A DNA stretch of 64,000 nucleotides, taken from Usitatibacter sp. (lineage in GTDB: Bacteria; Pseudomonadota; Gammaproteobacteria; Burkholderiales; Usitatibacteraceae). Positions 63,514 to 64,000 of this stretch are shown here, one piece after another. Every line of letters begins with the position of its first letter. Within the stretch, counting starts at the first letter, position 1. Position numbers and translations under genes: made by a program. The notes beneath the pieces are model-generated. The model made no database searches, was not told where the DNA came from, and saw nothing but the letters and a program-made list of their open reading frames with translations. Location: assembly GCA_039915735.1 (NCBI GenBank), contig JBDSMR010000123.1, forward strand, positions 61 through 64,060, in the 5' to 3' direction.

Positions 63514-64000
63514 ATGGACTCCTCCAATCCACAACGCGTTCCTCGTCCCGACGCCGAGGCTTGGCTTCGCCTTTGCCTCGTACCCGGCGTCCCGCCTTCG
63601 GCCCAGCGATTGCTGCTCGCAGCAATGGGAACGCCACAGCACGTGCTCGGCGGCGACGCCAGGGCGCTTGTGCAGGCAGGCGCTAGCCCGCGAATGGCGG
63701 AACTGCTTGCTGCCGGCCCAAGCCCGGTGTTGCTCGAGAAAACGTTGCGATGGCTCGACGACAATTCGTCCCAGCTCATCACGCTGGGTGATCCCGCTTA
63801 CCCCCGCCTGCTTCTGCAAATTCCGGATCCGCCCAATGTCCTCTACGCGATCGGCCGCGTGGAGCTGCTCAACGAGCCTTGCTTCGCGATCGTCGGGAGT
63901 CGCAATTGCACCGGTGCCGGTGGACGCGACGCGCGTGCGTTCGCGCACGCTCTTTCAAGCGCGGGATTGTGCATCGTGAGCGGACTCGCGCTGGGAATCG
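63514..64000 (+). CDS. dprA: DNA processing protein DprA (5-prime part; continues beyond the window)
   Basis: My own translation from ATG 63514 runs open to the window end. It gives MDSSNPQRV...ITLGDPAYPRLLLQIPDPPNVLYAIGRVELLNEPCFAIVGSRNCTGAGGRDARAFAHALSSAGLCIVSGLALGI, the DprA Rossmann core. It is not in the ORF track because no stop is reached. Confidence 0.85.
   Translation, partial: MDSSNPQRVPRPDAEAWLRLCLVPGVPPSAQRLLLAAMGTPQHVLGGDARALVQAGASPRMAELLAAGPSPVLLEKTLRWLDDNSSQLITLGDPAYPRLLLQIPDPPNVLYAIGRVELLNEPCFAIVGSRNCTGAGGRDARAFAHALSSAGLCIVSGLALGI

Overview
This is a GC-rich, tightly packed chromosomal segment with about 60 protein genes and very little non-coding DNA. Gene content and synteny look like core genome of a Betaproteobacteria-type organism: mrcA divergent from pilMNOPQ-aroK-aroB, def-fmt near DUF4390-ntrY-ntrX, cytochrome c4 divergent from engB, and tolC next to a pcm-like gene.

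Left to right the window contains:
- the 3-prime end of an RCK_C-domain gene
- a lone type IV pilin gene with a sigma-54-type promoter, divergent from an orphan polytopic histidine kinase
- a GT2-rfbB-rfbA-rfbC-rfbD operon, then waaC-waaA, tolC and a pcm-like methyltransferase
- a TetR-HlyD-ABC-ABC2 efflux operon
- a TPR/GT41 (O-GlcNAc-transferase-like) gene
- a TPP riboswitch followed by thiC
- a decayed GGDEF gene remnant, an aldo-keto reductase and uppP
- a Tat-signal FecR-domain protein next to the pilG-pilH-pilI-pilJ-chpA chemosensory cluster
- rubredoxin, thiD-thiE-hemL, a GGDEF protein, cytochrome c4, engB and hemB
- a small NTase-like ORF coupled to mrcA
- pilMNOPQ-aroK-aroB and a small TPR protein
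- a 7-gene operon (peptide-type ABC importer plus two amidohydrolases)
- ntrX/ntrY-like genes with DUF4390, then fmt-def, a LysM protein and the 5-prime part of dprA

I found no rRNA, tRNA, CRISPR, transposase, integrase, phage or recognisable defence genes, and no block of unassignable ORFs. This reads as an ordinary core region, and I cannot point to a clear-cut new multi-gene system.

The leads I consider most worth a second look are:
1. The ABC-importer/FGase/AstE-family operon, whose FGase carries a strictly alternating (HX)12H tail.
2. The sigma-54 pilin promoter paired with a partner-less membrane histidine kinase.
3. Four evenly spaced F-x-F-E motifs and an 87-bp in-frame duplication in the ChpA linkers.
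4. A degenerate nucleotidyltransferase-like ORF immediately downstream of mrcA.
5. A GGDEF gene remnant.
6. The absence of rsmB between fmt and DUF4390.

Most long ORFs in the supplied track that lie opposite these genes are GC-driven shadow ORFs. All family assignments are from motif recognition by eye; no database search was run.
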